Shown: positions 23,590-34,993 of the stretch, one piece after another
Layout: the number at the start of each line of letters is the position of its first letter
How positions within the stretch are numbered: the first letter of the stretch is position 1
Source: Welwitschia mirabilis
Taxonomy: Eukaryota
Direction: 5' to 3'
NCBI GenBank assembly: GCA_051453625.1
Contig: JBOZIK010000001.1
Coordinates: 25,652,301-25,690,989, forward strand
DNA: 38,689 nt
The notes under the pieces: generated by a model
Seen by the model: the letters and a program-made list of their open reading frames with translations, nothing else
What the model was told of the DNA's origin: nothing
Databases searched by the model: none
Program-made: the position numbers and the translations under genes

Positions 23590-26500
23590 AAGCCTACTAG
23601 AATAAGTGGATGAAAGTGCTTTAGATTATATCCATTGACTTTGAATAGTTGATTGTTTTTTTTAGTTTTCTATGAAAATACTCCATGAGGTAAAACCTTC
23701 TTGATTAAAGACAACCCTTTTCACTTAGTAATTAGTTTTCTTGGAAAAAGATGTAAGCATGAGTTATAAAGCAAAACCAGTTCTCCCTTCTTAAAAGTTA
23801 TGGAATTTCTTCATCCTCTCTTTATTTATCCTTATGATTTTATAGGCATCATTCTTGATTTTGTCCAATTCATTAANNNNNNNNNNNNNNNNNNNNNNNN
23901 NNNNNNNNNNNNNNNNNNNNNNNNNNNNNNNNNNNNNNNNNNNNNNNNNNNNNNNNNNNNNNNNNNNNNNNNNNNNNNNNNNNNNNNNNNNNNNNNNNNN
24001 NNNNNNNNNNNNNNNNNNNNNNNNNNNNNNNNNNNNNNNNNNNNNNNNNNNNNNNNNNNNNNNNNNNNNNNNNNNNNNNNNNNNNNNNNNNNNNNNNNNN
24101 NNNNNNNNNNNNNNNNNNNNNNNNNNNNNNNNNNNNNNNNNNNNNNNNNNNNNNNNNNNNNNNNNNNNNNNNNNNNNNNNNNNNNNNNNNNNNNNNNNNN
24201 NNNNNNNNNNNNNNNNNNNNNNNNNNNNNNNNNNNNNNNNNNNNNNNNNNNNNNNNNNNNNNNNNNNNNNNNNNNNNNNNNNNNNNNNNNNNNNNNNNNN
24301 NNNNNNNNNNNNNNNNNNNNNNNNNNNNNNNNNNNNNNNNNNNNNNNNNNNNNNNNNNNNNNNNNNNNNNNNNNNNNNNNNNNNNNNNNNNNNNNNNNNN
24401 NNNNNNNNNNNNNNNNNNNNNNNNNNNNNNNNNNNNNNNNNNNNNNNNNNNNNNNNNNNNNNNNNNNNNNNNNNNNNNNNNNNNNNNNNNNNNNNNNNNN
24501 NNNNNNNNNNNNNNNNNNNNNNNNNNNNNNNNNNNNNNNNNNNNTTAAACAATAACATTTCTAAGGAAGTTTTATAAATGATGCAATAGGATCATAATAC
24601 ATCATTAAGCTTAAAGGATTAGCCTCTTTATATTGAGTTAACTACATTTTATAAAATTTTCTTAATATTCCTATTTGTAACCTCAATATGGCCACTAGTT
24701 TAGGGGTGGTAAGGTGTTGCTACTTTATGAGTTACCCTGTATTTAGTAAGAAGGTTATTAAATATTTTATTATAGAAATGTATTCTTCCATTACTAATTA
24801 AGACTCATGGATAGCTAAATGATGTTAAGATATTTTCCTTAAAGACTTTAATTACTATTTGAGCATCGTTTAATTAACAAGCATAATCCTAAACCCATTT
24901 TACTATGTAGTCCACATAGATCAAAATGTATTGATGCTTGTTAGGGGATGGATAAAGGCTCTAAAAATCAATTTTCCAAATGTCAAGGGTTCGACTATGA
25001 GAATGGGATTTATAGGCATCATTTATCTTTGTGAAAGACTTCCTAATTTTTAGCAGTTATTACAAGATTTGTAATAAAGTAGGAGTTTTTGAAAATAGAA
25101 GGCCAATAGAAACTAAAGTAAAGGATTTTTATAGTGGTTCTATTATCTAAGTAATGGTCCCCACAAGCCTCATAATGACAATGCTTAAGGATGTGGATTT
25201 CAATTTGAAGCATATATTTATGAATGAATTAGTTTGGATAATACTTAAAAAGATGTGGGCCATTCTAAAAGAAGTATTTGACCTACCTTAAGAAACTTTT
25301 TCTATCATTAGGAGTCCAATGAGAAGGAATTATTTTAGAGACTAGGTAGTTGACAATATTCATAAACCAAGGTGCTTCTTTAACTGAAAAGAGATGTTCA
25401 TGTGAAAAGGTGTCATTAATGGAAAGGGATATTTGCAAATTCTCTTAAGTTAAACATGAGAGATGATCTGTAACTATGTTATTAAAACCCTTTTTATCTT
25501 TAATCTTCAAGTCAAATTCCTATAGAAAAAGGATCCATCTAACCAGTTTTGGTTTTGAATTCATTTTGGCAAAGAGATACCTAAGGGCTGAATGATCAAT
25601 ATAGATAATTGCTTTATATTCTAAAAGGTATTCCCTAAATTTCTTTAAGGTAAAGACTATAGCTAGTAGCTCTTATTCTATAATGATGTAATTTAACTAA
25701 GTCTCATTCAAAGTTTTACTAACGTAATAAATCACAACTAGTTTTTTATCTATCCTTTATCCTCAAACATTCCAAACCATGTAATCATTGGAATCACAAA
25801 AAAGTTTAAAAGGTAACTTCTAGTCAAGTACTTAAATGATTGAGATGGAAGTTAGTTTTTCTTTAAGTTTTTCAAAAGCTTGTTGACTTTTAAGAATCCA
25901 ATTGAAGGTGACATCTTTGCTAAAAAGATCACACAATGTCTTAGAGATTTTACTAAAATATTTAATAAATCTTCTATAATATCCTACATGTCCTAAGCAA
26001 GATCTAATTATTTTTCGTTTTTGAGGAGTTGGTAGGTGTGTGATTAAAGAAACCTTAGCAAAATATACTTGGATCCCTTTCTTAAAGATGATGTTGCCAA
26101 AACCCATGCCTTGATTAATAAAAAAGTGGTATTTCTCCACTTGAGCACAATTCATTTTTTGATAAATTGCTTAAGAACGCGTAACAAGTTATTAAAAAAG
26201 TGGTTTCATAGACTAATAAGCCATCCATAAAGATTTTGATACCTAAATCTAATAAATCAGAGAAAATTCTCATCATGCAATGTTGGAAAGTGGTAAGCGC
26301 ATTAGATAATCCAAAGGGCATTCATTTGTAGGTAAATGTTCCATAGGTATAGGTAAATTTAGTTTTGTCTTGGTCCTTAGTGGCCGTTTAAATTAGGTTT
26401 TAACATAAGTACCCATATAATAAATAATAAAATGAATGCTCTGTAAGTTACTTTTGGATTTAATTTAAGAAAGTTAGAGGGAATTGATTCTCTCTTAAGA

Positions 26501-27120
26501 TGGTATTTAATTTTCTATGCTGGTATGCATCCTACATTTCATTGTGGATCTATTAGGGATATGTTCATTATGCTTATTTGGAATAAGGGTAATTCCTACT
26601 TTCTTAGCCATAGTCTGAGTTGGATAAACTCACTTGCTATCTAAAATAGGGTAGATAATTCCATCATCAAGAAGTTTGATCATCTCATTTTAACTACCTC
26701 TTTTAAGATTGGGTTTATTTATCTCTAGACTTCTCTAGATGGTTTGATATTATTCTTTAAGTAAATATGATGCATGTAAATGCTAGGATCAATGCCCTTA
26801 ATGTCTAAGAGATTCCATTCTATTACTTATTCTTTCTCAAGAATTTAAGTAATTAAGCTTCTTAAGATAAGATTAAGAAAGAATTTATGACTACTAAAAA
26901 AGTGAAGTTATCCCCTAATAAAGCATATTTTAGATCTTTGGGTAAGGGTTTCAGTTCTAAGTTGATTGTTTTAGGTAATTGGGTATGATTCTTCCAAATC
27001 ATCATCTTTTTGGGAGAGTAAGAAGTGAATTCTTGATTTTTAAAAAGGCTTTTTATCCTATCCACATGCTTTACCCCTTTATCATTTGATGGAAACTTAT
27101 GTTGAGTTAATATTTTCCAA
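23590..27120 (-). pseudogene. Element F: RT-RNase H-integrase relic of an Athila element (same family as D)
   Basis: LELKPLPKDLKYALLG, MPFGLSNALTTFQHCMMRIF and IFMDG (ORF 26115-26321), IRSCLGHVGYYRRFIK (ORF 25832-26155). RH: CDSNDY (~25781-25798), NIVTDHLS. INT: HCHYEACGDHY (~25151-25183), PYHP*TSGHIE (~24683-24715), tail GELVLLYNSCLHLFPRKL and FKVNGYNLKHF (~23612-23790). An N-gap covers 23877-24544. Confidence 0.93.
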
Positions 27121-28375
27121 GTTGATATCAAACTAACATTTTCTGTTTACCAAAACATGTTGTATTTTATGCACAAATATTAATTCTTGAAGTGAAAAGC
27201 TGAAATGTTTTATCACAAATCTTACCTAAACTTAACAAGTTTCATATCCTCTAAGGGATTACCCAGATTCCTAAAAGATCGATTGAACCTAAATTATAAA
27301 GTGTTAAAAATAGATTACATAGGGATCTACTAGATTCTAGAGGGGTTGACTAGACCTCAGCATTAAATTTATCACTTCTGATCATCAAGGGGTTGACTAA
27401 ATTCTAAAGGGATCGATTAGACTTAGAGTGAAATGTTTTCATTCCTTGTCATCAAGAGGTTAACCAGATTCATAAGGGGTCGATTTGACCTAGGCCTGAT
27501 GTATAGTTTTGCATTTTTCTAGACATGGGATTAACTGGATGAATATGTGATCGACCGAATATGTGATCAACCAGATCCCTATGGGGCCAATCAGGCATGA
27601 AGCTATAAGAAACTTGGGTCGATCAAAAAAAGCTAAGATCAACCAACCTCAGTGACGATACCAAATGAGGTCGATAGGATATTTTAAGACATTAATTAAC
27701 CATAATGAAAATAGAGCTTTTCTAGCCATTTGAACACTAATTTTAATCTGTTAGGGAATATTTTTCAGTTGTAAAATCCTAAAAGCTTCTTTTATATATT
27801 TGCCAATAGTCCAAATCATTAAACAACTTTGGTATCACTATGGAAATTTTTTGGCATATATTTTTTTGATCCTAGATGAAAAAATATCTTTTATTATCAT
27901 TTATACTTGGTTAATCAGTTTGAAATATATGTTTGTGGATTGTATATCATCTCAAGCAGTGTAGCAATATTTTTGTTGAGCTTTAGATTTGGTGAATCTA
28001 TGCACTATAACATACCATAGTCACCACATAGAATTCTTTCTAAAGGTTAATACTAAGCCTTAGAAAACTATGATTATAAAGGTTATAGGTGAATCTAGAT
28101 TATCTGGAAAGAGATTAATGAAGATCTGGATTAGGCTTAGGTAGAAGATAATCATCGAGAGTGGAATAGGGTTTTCCAAATTACTATAAATTGTGTGTCA
28201 ATCTCCATTAGTACTTTCGTGCTTTTAGTTTTTTACCTTTAGATTACTTTCAAATTTTCATTTGCATAAATATTTTAGTATTCATTTTTTGTGGATATAG
28301 CTTGTAAATAGTTTTGTTTAATTTTTAAATCTTATTCACTCCCACTCATTAACCCCTAGGGTTTTAGATCCTTTA
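27121..28375 (+). repeat. 5' LTR of SIRE-type element G (5' boundary uncertain)
   Basis: Palindromic motif array at 27253-27680, TATA-like tttatatat at ~27791, C-rich tattcactcccactc signal at ~28333-28347, and an end just before the PBS. Confidence 0.75.
27253..27680 (+). repeat. Degenerate tandem array of paired GTCGAC/ATCGAT-like palindromic motifs, 67 bp period
   Basis: Units start at 27253, 27320, 27387 and 27454, then ~27525. There is also a 16 bp tandem duplication at 27541-27572. Confidence 0.8.
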
Positions 28376-28377
28376 TT

Positions 28378-28389
28378 TAGTATCAGAGT
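28378..28389 (+). promoter_or_regulatory. Degenerate primer-binding site, tRNA-iMet type
   Basis: TAGTATCAGAGT differs from TGGTATCAGAGC by two transitions. Confidence 0.8.
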
Positions 28390-28439
28390 AAGGTAAAATC
28401 CTTAGTGAATCCTACTAAGCCTAGACTCCTGAACCCTAA

Positions 28440-29900
28440 ATATAAGTAACTTTTTAGATGGCTTTTTNNNNNNNNNNTTAGATCCCTAAATGTAGACATA
28501 GAGGAGGTAATTTACAATAATTACAATATGTCCACACTAGCCAAAATTAATGCCGATGAAAACACGATAGTGGTAGCAAAAAATCAAGACCAATGGACCT
28601 TTAATAACAAATCCAAGGCTACCCTAGATGCCTATGCTCTTAATGTAATTTTTTATATAGTATGTACAGATGAGTTCAAAAGGACCATGAGTTATAAACA
28701 TGTAAAATAAGCTAGGAATATTCTTAAAATAGCATGTAAAGTAGCATCTACTATTAAGTAGGTAAAACTCTAGATGCTCATTTTCAAGTTTAAAAACATT
28801 TGCATGAAAGAGGAGGAGACACTTCAAGAGTTCTTTGCTAGACTAATAAGCATTGTAAATTTTATGGCAAGTCTAGACAAAAAAATGGAAGAAGCAAAGT
28901 TGGTTTAAAATGTGTTAAGACATCTTCTAAAAGATTTTGAGCCAAAGGTCATTCCATTGAAGGAAGCAAAAACATCAATTGAATGGCGCTTAAGGAACTG
29001 CAAGGTAATCTTTAAACCTATGAGTTGAAATTCACTAAACATTGAAAAAAAGTCTTATCTTGAAAAGTGTGTAAAAATAATATAGATAAGAAAAATCAGA
29101 TGATGACCTTAATAATAATAAAGTTGTCCTTTTAGTAAGGATATTCAAAAATTTATTACATAGAAGAAAGAAAGAAGGTAAACCAAGAAGAGGATAAAAA
29201 ACGATCATTCTAAGTTTCAAGAAAAAGGGAAAAAGATCCAATGCTATGCTTACAAAGAATATGGACACATTGCAAATAAATGTCCAAACAATAAAAAAAA
29301 TCAAAGGAAGTGAAAGACATCATCTTTCATTACTACATGAGACAATGTAGATGAAGAAGATAATAGCAACTCAAGCCAAGATTCAAATGAATACCAAAGA
29401 ATCTCTTTGATGGCATAGAGAACTTACCTTGCTTATTTAAACCTAATGATTTAGATCTTATTGAAGAAGATTAAAATAATCTTGAAGGCACTTAGCCAAT
29501 AGCTTTATTTAGAGGATGAAAAATTGGCAAAACATATCAATGATCTAAACAAAATATTAAAGGCTCTAACCAAGGAAAAGAAAGAGTTAAAGTACAAAAT
29601 GGTCTAAATCAAAAACTTCAAACTTTCTTAAGAGATGATGAACTTATTTCATTTTTTAAGTAAATTTTCTAATACTTCTACTAAATCGAAATAGATGCTT
29701 GGAATACAAAAATTGATTCATGATAAGAAAGGTATTGGATTCATCCCTTATAAATCATGAAATTAGCCAAATCAAGTATCCTGGCAAAATAATTTTATTT
29801 TAAAAATTACATGTCTTTTTTGTGGTAAGTTAGATCATTCTAAGTTATTTTGTAATGCTATAAAGGTAATGATCTTTTTGAATTCTATTAGTACTTTTCC
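28440..29900 (+). pseudogene. gag relic of element G
   Basis: DAYALNVIFYIVCTDEFKR, KL*ML..FKNICMKEEETLQEFFARLISIVN, FEPKV. Zinc knuckles IQCYAYKEYGHIANKCP (29236-29286) and ITCLFCGKLDHSKLFC (~29806-29853). Confidence 0.88.
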
Positions 29901-29999
29901 TCTTAAATTTGTTTCAAGAGTAGGTATATCATAATAGTTCAAAAGAACTAATAGATGAGAGTTAACAATTTGAAAAGTCTTTTGATATAAACAACTTTC

Positions 30000-32900
30000 A
30001 AAGTATCAAATGCAACTAGCTAGTATTTGGATCATGGTTGCTTTTAATACATGACATATAACAAGTTAATATTTCAACATTTGGATGACTTTGATGGACG
30101 AGAAGTTACATTTGATAATAATAGAAGAGCAAGATCAAAGGAATGGAAAGCATTTAATGGCCTTAAGCATAATTTACTTAGCATTGGTCAAATTTGTAAC
30201 AAAAGGATATAAAGTTATTTTCAATAGTATAAAATGTGAAGTTAGACATGAAAAAATGAATGATTTAAGTCTTAATGAAAATAGAATANNNNNNNNNNNN
30301 NNNNNNNNNNNNNNNNNNNNNNNNNNNNNNNNNNNNNNNNNNNNNNNNNNNNNNNNNNNNNNNNNNNNNNNNNNNNNNNNNNNNNNNNAAAAAATGAATG
30401 ATGTTAGTCTTAAGGCAAATAGAATAAATAATGTTTATAGTGTTAATCAATCTTTTTCTGCATGTTATTTTTATCATGTAAACCAAAAAGAACTATGGAA
30501 TCAATGTTTAGACATGTAAATTATGCTCATTTGAAAATAATTATTAAAAAAAATTGTAAAAGGAATTCTAAAGATTAATATTGAAAAAAATGGGCTTTAT
30601 GATGTGTGTAAAAAAAAGAAATAAGTTAGAATCTCTCACAAAAGTAAAAATATAGTTTCTACAATAATGCCTCTTAAGATTATTAATATGGATTTGGTGG
30701 ATCCTACCTAAATAAAAAGTCTAAAAGGAAAATGCTATTTTTTAATTATTGCTGATAACTACTCTAGATTTGGTTGCTTTTCTTGGAAATAAAGCTAAAA
30801 CATATAAAAGCTGGGTTGAAACTTGCAACAAAATCTAAAACAAGAAAGGTTACACCATCAAGAAAATTAGAAGTGATCATGGAGAAGAGTTTGAAAACCA
30901 TCTATTTAAAAATTATTGTATAGACAATGGTATAGAACATTAATTCCTAGCTCTAAAAACACCTTAACAAAATGAAATTACTGAGAGAAAAAACTGAATC
31001 CTGAAGGAAATGGCTAGAATAATGTAAATAATAAGGAGTTTTCTAAAACATTTTGGGATAAAGTAATAAGGAGTTTTCTAAAACATTTTGGGATAAAGTC
31101 TTCCTTAGACTAGGAATGGATAAAAATTACTATGAGCTTTGGAAAGGAAGAAAACCAAATGTTTTCTATTTTAAAGTCTTTGGGAGTAAATGCTTTATTT
31201 TAAAATATAAAGAACACTTGAGTAAATTAGTCAAAGGCTAATAAAGCAATCTTTTTTGGGTACTTAACTAGACGTAGGGCCTATCAAGTATTTAATAAGA
31301 GAAGTCTAACTATGGAAGAGTCCGTAGAGGTGCAAATAGATAATGTTAACATAAGAACTCTCTTTCGAATGATGAAGAAAAATTATCTCCAAGTACTTCC
31401 ACAATAAAAGAAAGTTCAACCTAAAAGGAAGTAGAGCCAACTAAAGAAGTTACTATCATAAAGTTTAAAGAGCTCAGAGATCATCCTTTAGGATTCATCA
31501 TTGGATATGTTAGCTCAAAGATTAGAATAAGAAACTCTCTTAAAATTCCTATGCTTACATATGTTTGTCTGTCACATTGAGCCTAAAAAGTTTAAAGAGG
31601 TAGAATCTCACAAAGAGTGGATAATGTCAATGTAAGATGAGTTGCAAAAATTTAAAAGAAATAATGTGTGAAAGCTTGTTAAAAGGCCACAGAACAAAAA
31701 TGTTATTGAAATAAGTGGATTTTCAAGAACAAGTATGATGAACAAAATAATGTAATTAAGAACAAAGCTAGTTCAGTAAAAACAAGGTTTTAATCAAATT
31801 GAAGGAATTGATGTTGGTAACATTTTTGAACTTGTGGCTAAGCTAGATAGTATTAGACCGTTTTTATCTTATGTAGCCTTTAAGAATATTAAAGTTTATC
31901 AAATGGATGTGAAAAGTGCCTTTTTAAATGGAACCCTTAATGAAGAAATTTATTTAAAACAACCTCAAGGGTTTATAAATCCATACAAACCAAATCATGT
32001 GTATAGATTTAAAAAGGCATTATATGGATTAAAACAAGAATCAAGAGCTTAGTATGAAAAATTAGCCACATTTCTAAATGAAAATGGTTATATTCATGGA
32101 ACTATAGATAAAACATTATTTGTTAATAATTTGAAAAGGACTTTATTATTATTCAAATTTATGTGGACAATATAATTTTTAAAGCCTCAGACGAAGTTTT
32201 ATCTCTTATGACAACACATTTTGAGATGAATATGATTGGTGAGGTTAGAATATTTATTGGTCTTTAAATCAAACCCATAAAAAAAATGAATTTTCATATC
32301 TCAATCTAAATATTCAAGGGAATTTGATCAAATGATTTGGATTAGAGAATGCAGAATATATTGACACAACTATGTCTACTTCTTATAAAGTTAGTCTTGA
32401 TGAACATGGAAAATTTGTAGACCAAAAACTTTATAAAAGTATAATAGGAAGTCTGTTGTAGCTAATTACAAGTAGACTTGATATAATATTCAGTGTCACC
32501 ATGTGCGATAGATATTATACCTAATCAGAAGAATCATACCTTCAAGCTATTAAAAGAATTATAAGATACATAAAAGGCACACATAACTATGGATTATGGT
32601 ATTCAACAAAAACATGTTTTAAACTTACAAGCTTTAGTAATGATTACACTAGGTGTAAAGATGATAGGAAAAGCACAAGTAATAATTACTCTCTTTTAGG
32701 ATCATGCTTAGTAGGATAGGCTATTAAAAAGTAAAACTCTATCTTACTTTCAATAGCAGAAGTAGAGTATATAGCAACAGGGAGTTGTTATACCTATTTC
32801 CTTTGAGTGAAGGAAATGTTAAAAGATTTTGCTATAGATTTTGAATAGGTTCTAATCTTTTGTAATAACAAAAGTACACTTAAAATATCTAAGAACCCTA

Positions 32901-33090
32901 TTCAATATCCTAGAACTAAATACATTAAATTAAGACATCATTTCGTTAAAGATTAAGTGGAAAAAGGTAATATTTTAATGAATTTTATTAGTACTGATAG
33001 ATAACTTGCCAATATTTTCATAAAATCTTTGAACTTTAAGAAATTTCTAAGACTTCATAATGAACTAGGGATTATCTCATCATCCTCTAA
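30000..33090 (+). pseudogene. pol relic of element G (protease, integrase, reverse transcriptase, RNase H)
   Basis: PR: *YLDHGCF*YMT (30021-30056). GAG-pre-integrase: LWNQCL. INT: MDLVDP, ADNYSRF, IRSDHGEEFE (~30866), P*QNEITERKN. RT: YQMDVKSAFLNG...KKALYGLKQ (ORF 31834-32052), IQIYVDNIIF (32151-32180). RH: AEVEYIA, FCNNKS, RTKYIKLRHHF, LANIFIKSL, ELGII. Confidence 0.95.
31030..31099 (+). repeat. Perfect 35 bp tandem duplication inside the copia integrase
   Basis: aataaggagttttctaaaacattttgggataaagt occurs twice (31030-31064 and 31065-31099). Confidence 0.95.
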
Positions 33091-33375
33091 CTAATTACAT
33101 GGTAGTTGACTGGTTTGAAGGCCTAGTCGACTGGATCTAAAGTATTGTAACACAATTCTCGATAAGTTAACTGGATCATAACCCAGTCAACTAGATCTAT
33201 AGGGTTATAATATAGAAGTTAAGATAATGAACCTAATAGTTTTCTCAAATCTATCTTAATCATCTTATTTTATAAAATATCGTAAAGCCCTAACCCTTTT
33301 CATTCTCTTCTGATCATCTATCTCCTTTAGATCTAGGTTTTTCTTTCAATTTTTTTGTCTTTAGGAAGTTGCCAC

Positions 33376-34440
33376 ATGTTTTTAATGATAGAGGATCCCT
33401 CAAGAAAGCAACAAAAGGAGCTAACAAGCAAAGATCTAGGGTATTTTTACTTTTAAATGTCTAATGGAATCATGGACAAGTTCTCAAAGAAGCCTGAGAA
33501 GGAACCTATTTACTAAGAAAGGTTCATTGCTTCTGGAGAGCTAAGAGAACTCTGAGATCTGGAAGGTTCTTGAAAGAGCTTAATATTTTCTACTTTCTTG
33601 GTATCTCAGGCCCAACCTACCCTTTTATCACTAGGATATTCTATTGCAAGGCCTCTTTGATGCTGACTTTGGTACCCTAATAACCCTTATTTTTGGAAAG
33701 AAGATTAGGGCAATTGCAAATCTCATTGCTACCATTATAAATCTCTCTAGAGGAGATTATGAGGAATTTTAACCCCTGCGTGACTCCATGGAAGGAAAGC
33801 AAAGGTTACTAGAAAGCTTTATGGTAAGTTTCATAAGTGAAAAACCACTCTTTCCACTTTCTACCTTACCGCAAAGTACTAGTTTTTGCATCTAATTTTC
33901 ACTTATAATTTCTTGCATTTAATGGGTCATCGTGATGAAACCTCTAATTATAGAGTTTATTTGTTGCACTTGGTAGAAATGTAGCATACTATTGATGCTC
34001 TTAGTATTATTTTAAAAAGTATAATCTCTTAGTTAGAGTATCATAAGACTAGGGCTCTTCCTTATTTAGTTTTAATTGCTAATGTTTATTACCATTATAA
34101 AGTCTACTTACACATAAAGTTAGAAGCCTAACTCTTATATGAGCCATTGGGCATGTGAATTTATCCTAGATGCATATTTTTGCTAGATCTAAGAAATTCT
34201 CCAAGTCTCTTCTCCCAAGCAATCCTTTCCTGAAGAGACCCTTTTATACCTAAAGAGGATAGATTCTCATATTAGACATATGAAAGAAGCTCTGATCATG
34301 GCAAGGTATAAGATAGCTAAACTTCTAAGAAAGCTGGTAGCTTAGCATGAAGGGTAGTCATAAAAGAAGAAGAAGAAGAATAAAAAGACCTAAATTCTAA
34401 AGAAGATATTATTGAGAAAGAGGAAGAAGAATCTGATTGA
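33376..34440 (+). pseudogene. Degenerate env-like extra ORF of SIRE-type element G
   Basis: GPTYPFITRIFYCK (~33609-33650, a YP....FY motif), ALPYLVLI (~34054-34077), and an acidic EEEEE...EEEESD* tail ending at 34440. It sits between pol and the PPT. Confidence 0.65.
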
Positions 34441-34497
34441 TTTCTTATCTTCTTTTTTATTTTTAGTTGTGCTTGTTTTCCTTCTCTCTTTTGTTAT

Positions 34498-34517
34498 TGA
34501 TGTTAAAAGGGGATAAA
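34498..34517 (+). promoter_or_regulatory. PPT-like motif of SIRE-type element
   Basis: tgatgttaaaaggggataaa resembles the SIRE gatg.caaagggggag multiple-PPT signature. Confidence 0.5.
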
Positions 34518-34993
34518 TAGTTAGTTGTATTTTTAGATTTTATCATATAGTATGAAATAGTTTTAGTTGTTTTAGTTGTACTTTTCAGTTTCAATTAAGT
34601 TATAATTTCTCTTAATGAGCACTTTTCTGTTGTACTACTTAATATTAACTAATAGAAGTCCTTTTGGTATTACTATTGTCTTCTATTTAATGCACATTCC
34701 ATTTATCATGAACCATAATGTTTTCTACATCTATTAATAACTATTAAACATCTATTAAACTATAATTTTATCACATATATCAATGAATATTACATGTCTC
34801 ATATACTACAAATCGTTCTATTAATTAATCAACTTGGAATCCCTTTATAAGTGTTTCATTTGATTTAAATGCTCAATATTCTTTTGCAAATATAATGGGC
34901 ATTATCTAAGAGGGGGTTCTACAATTAATATTTTCAACCAAAGTATAGTGTTGTGGTGTGTATTTGTACATCCTTTGATATTCAAAGATATCC

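Larger units (their letters stand above)
27121..34520 (+). mobile_element. Element G: degenerate Ty1/copia SIRE (Sirevirus/Maximus)-type LTR retrotransposon; 3' LTR not evident
   Basis: Copia domain order gag-PR-INT-RT-RH, repeat-rich LTR ending tattcactccc..., Met PBS, long gag with two zinc knuckles, IRSDHG integrase motif, post-pol extra ORF, and a gatgttaaaagggga PPT-like motif. Confidence 0.88.

Noticed and set aside
27253..27572. CRISPR-like look of the 67 bp periodic repeat (~38 bp conserved part plus variable spacer)
   Set aside because: The repeats are highly degenerate, lie inside a SIRE LTR in eukaryotic DNA, and no cas genes are present.
30251..30427. ~37 bp near-duplicate flanking the 100-N gap
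   Set aside because: Most likely overlapping contig ends or haplotype/paralog differences at a placeholder gap.
34520..34993. Possible 3' LTR of SIRE element G
   Set aside because: No recognisable similarity to 27121-28375, and no TSD can be tested.
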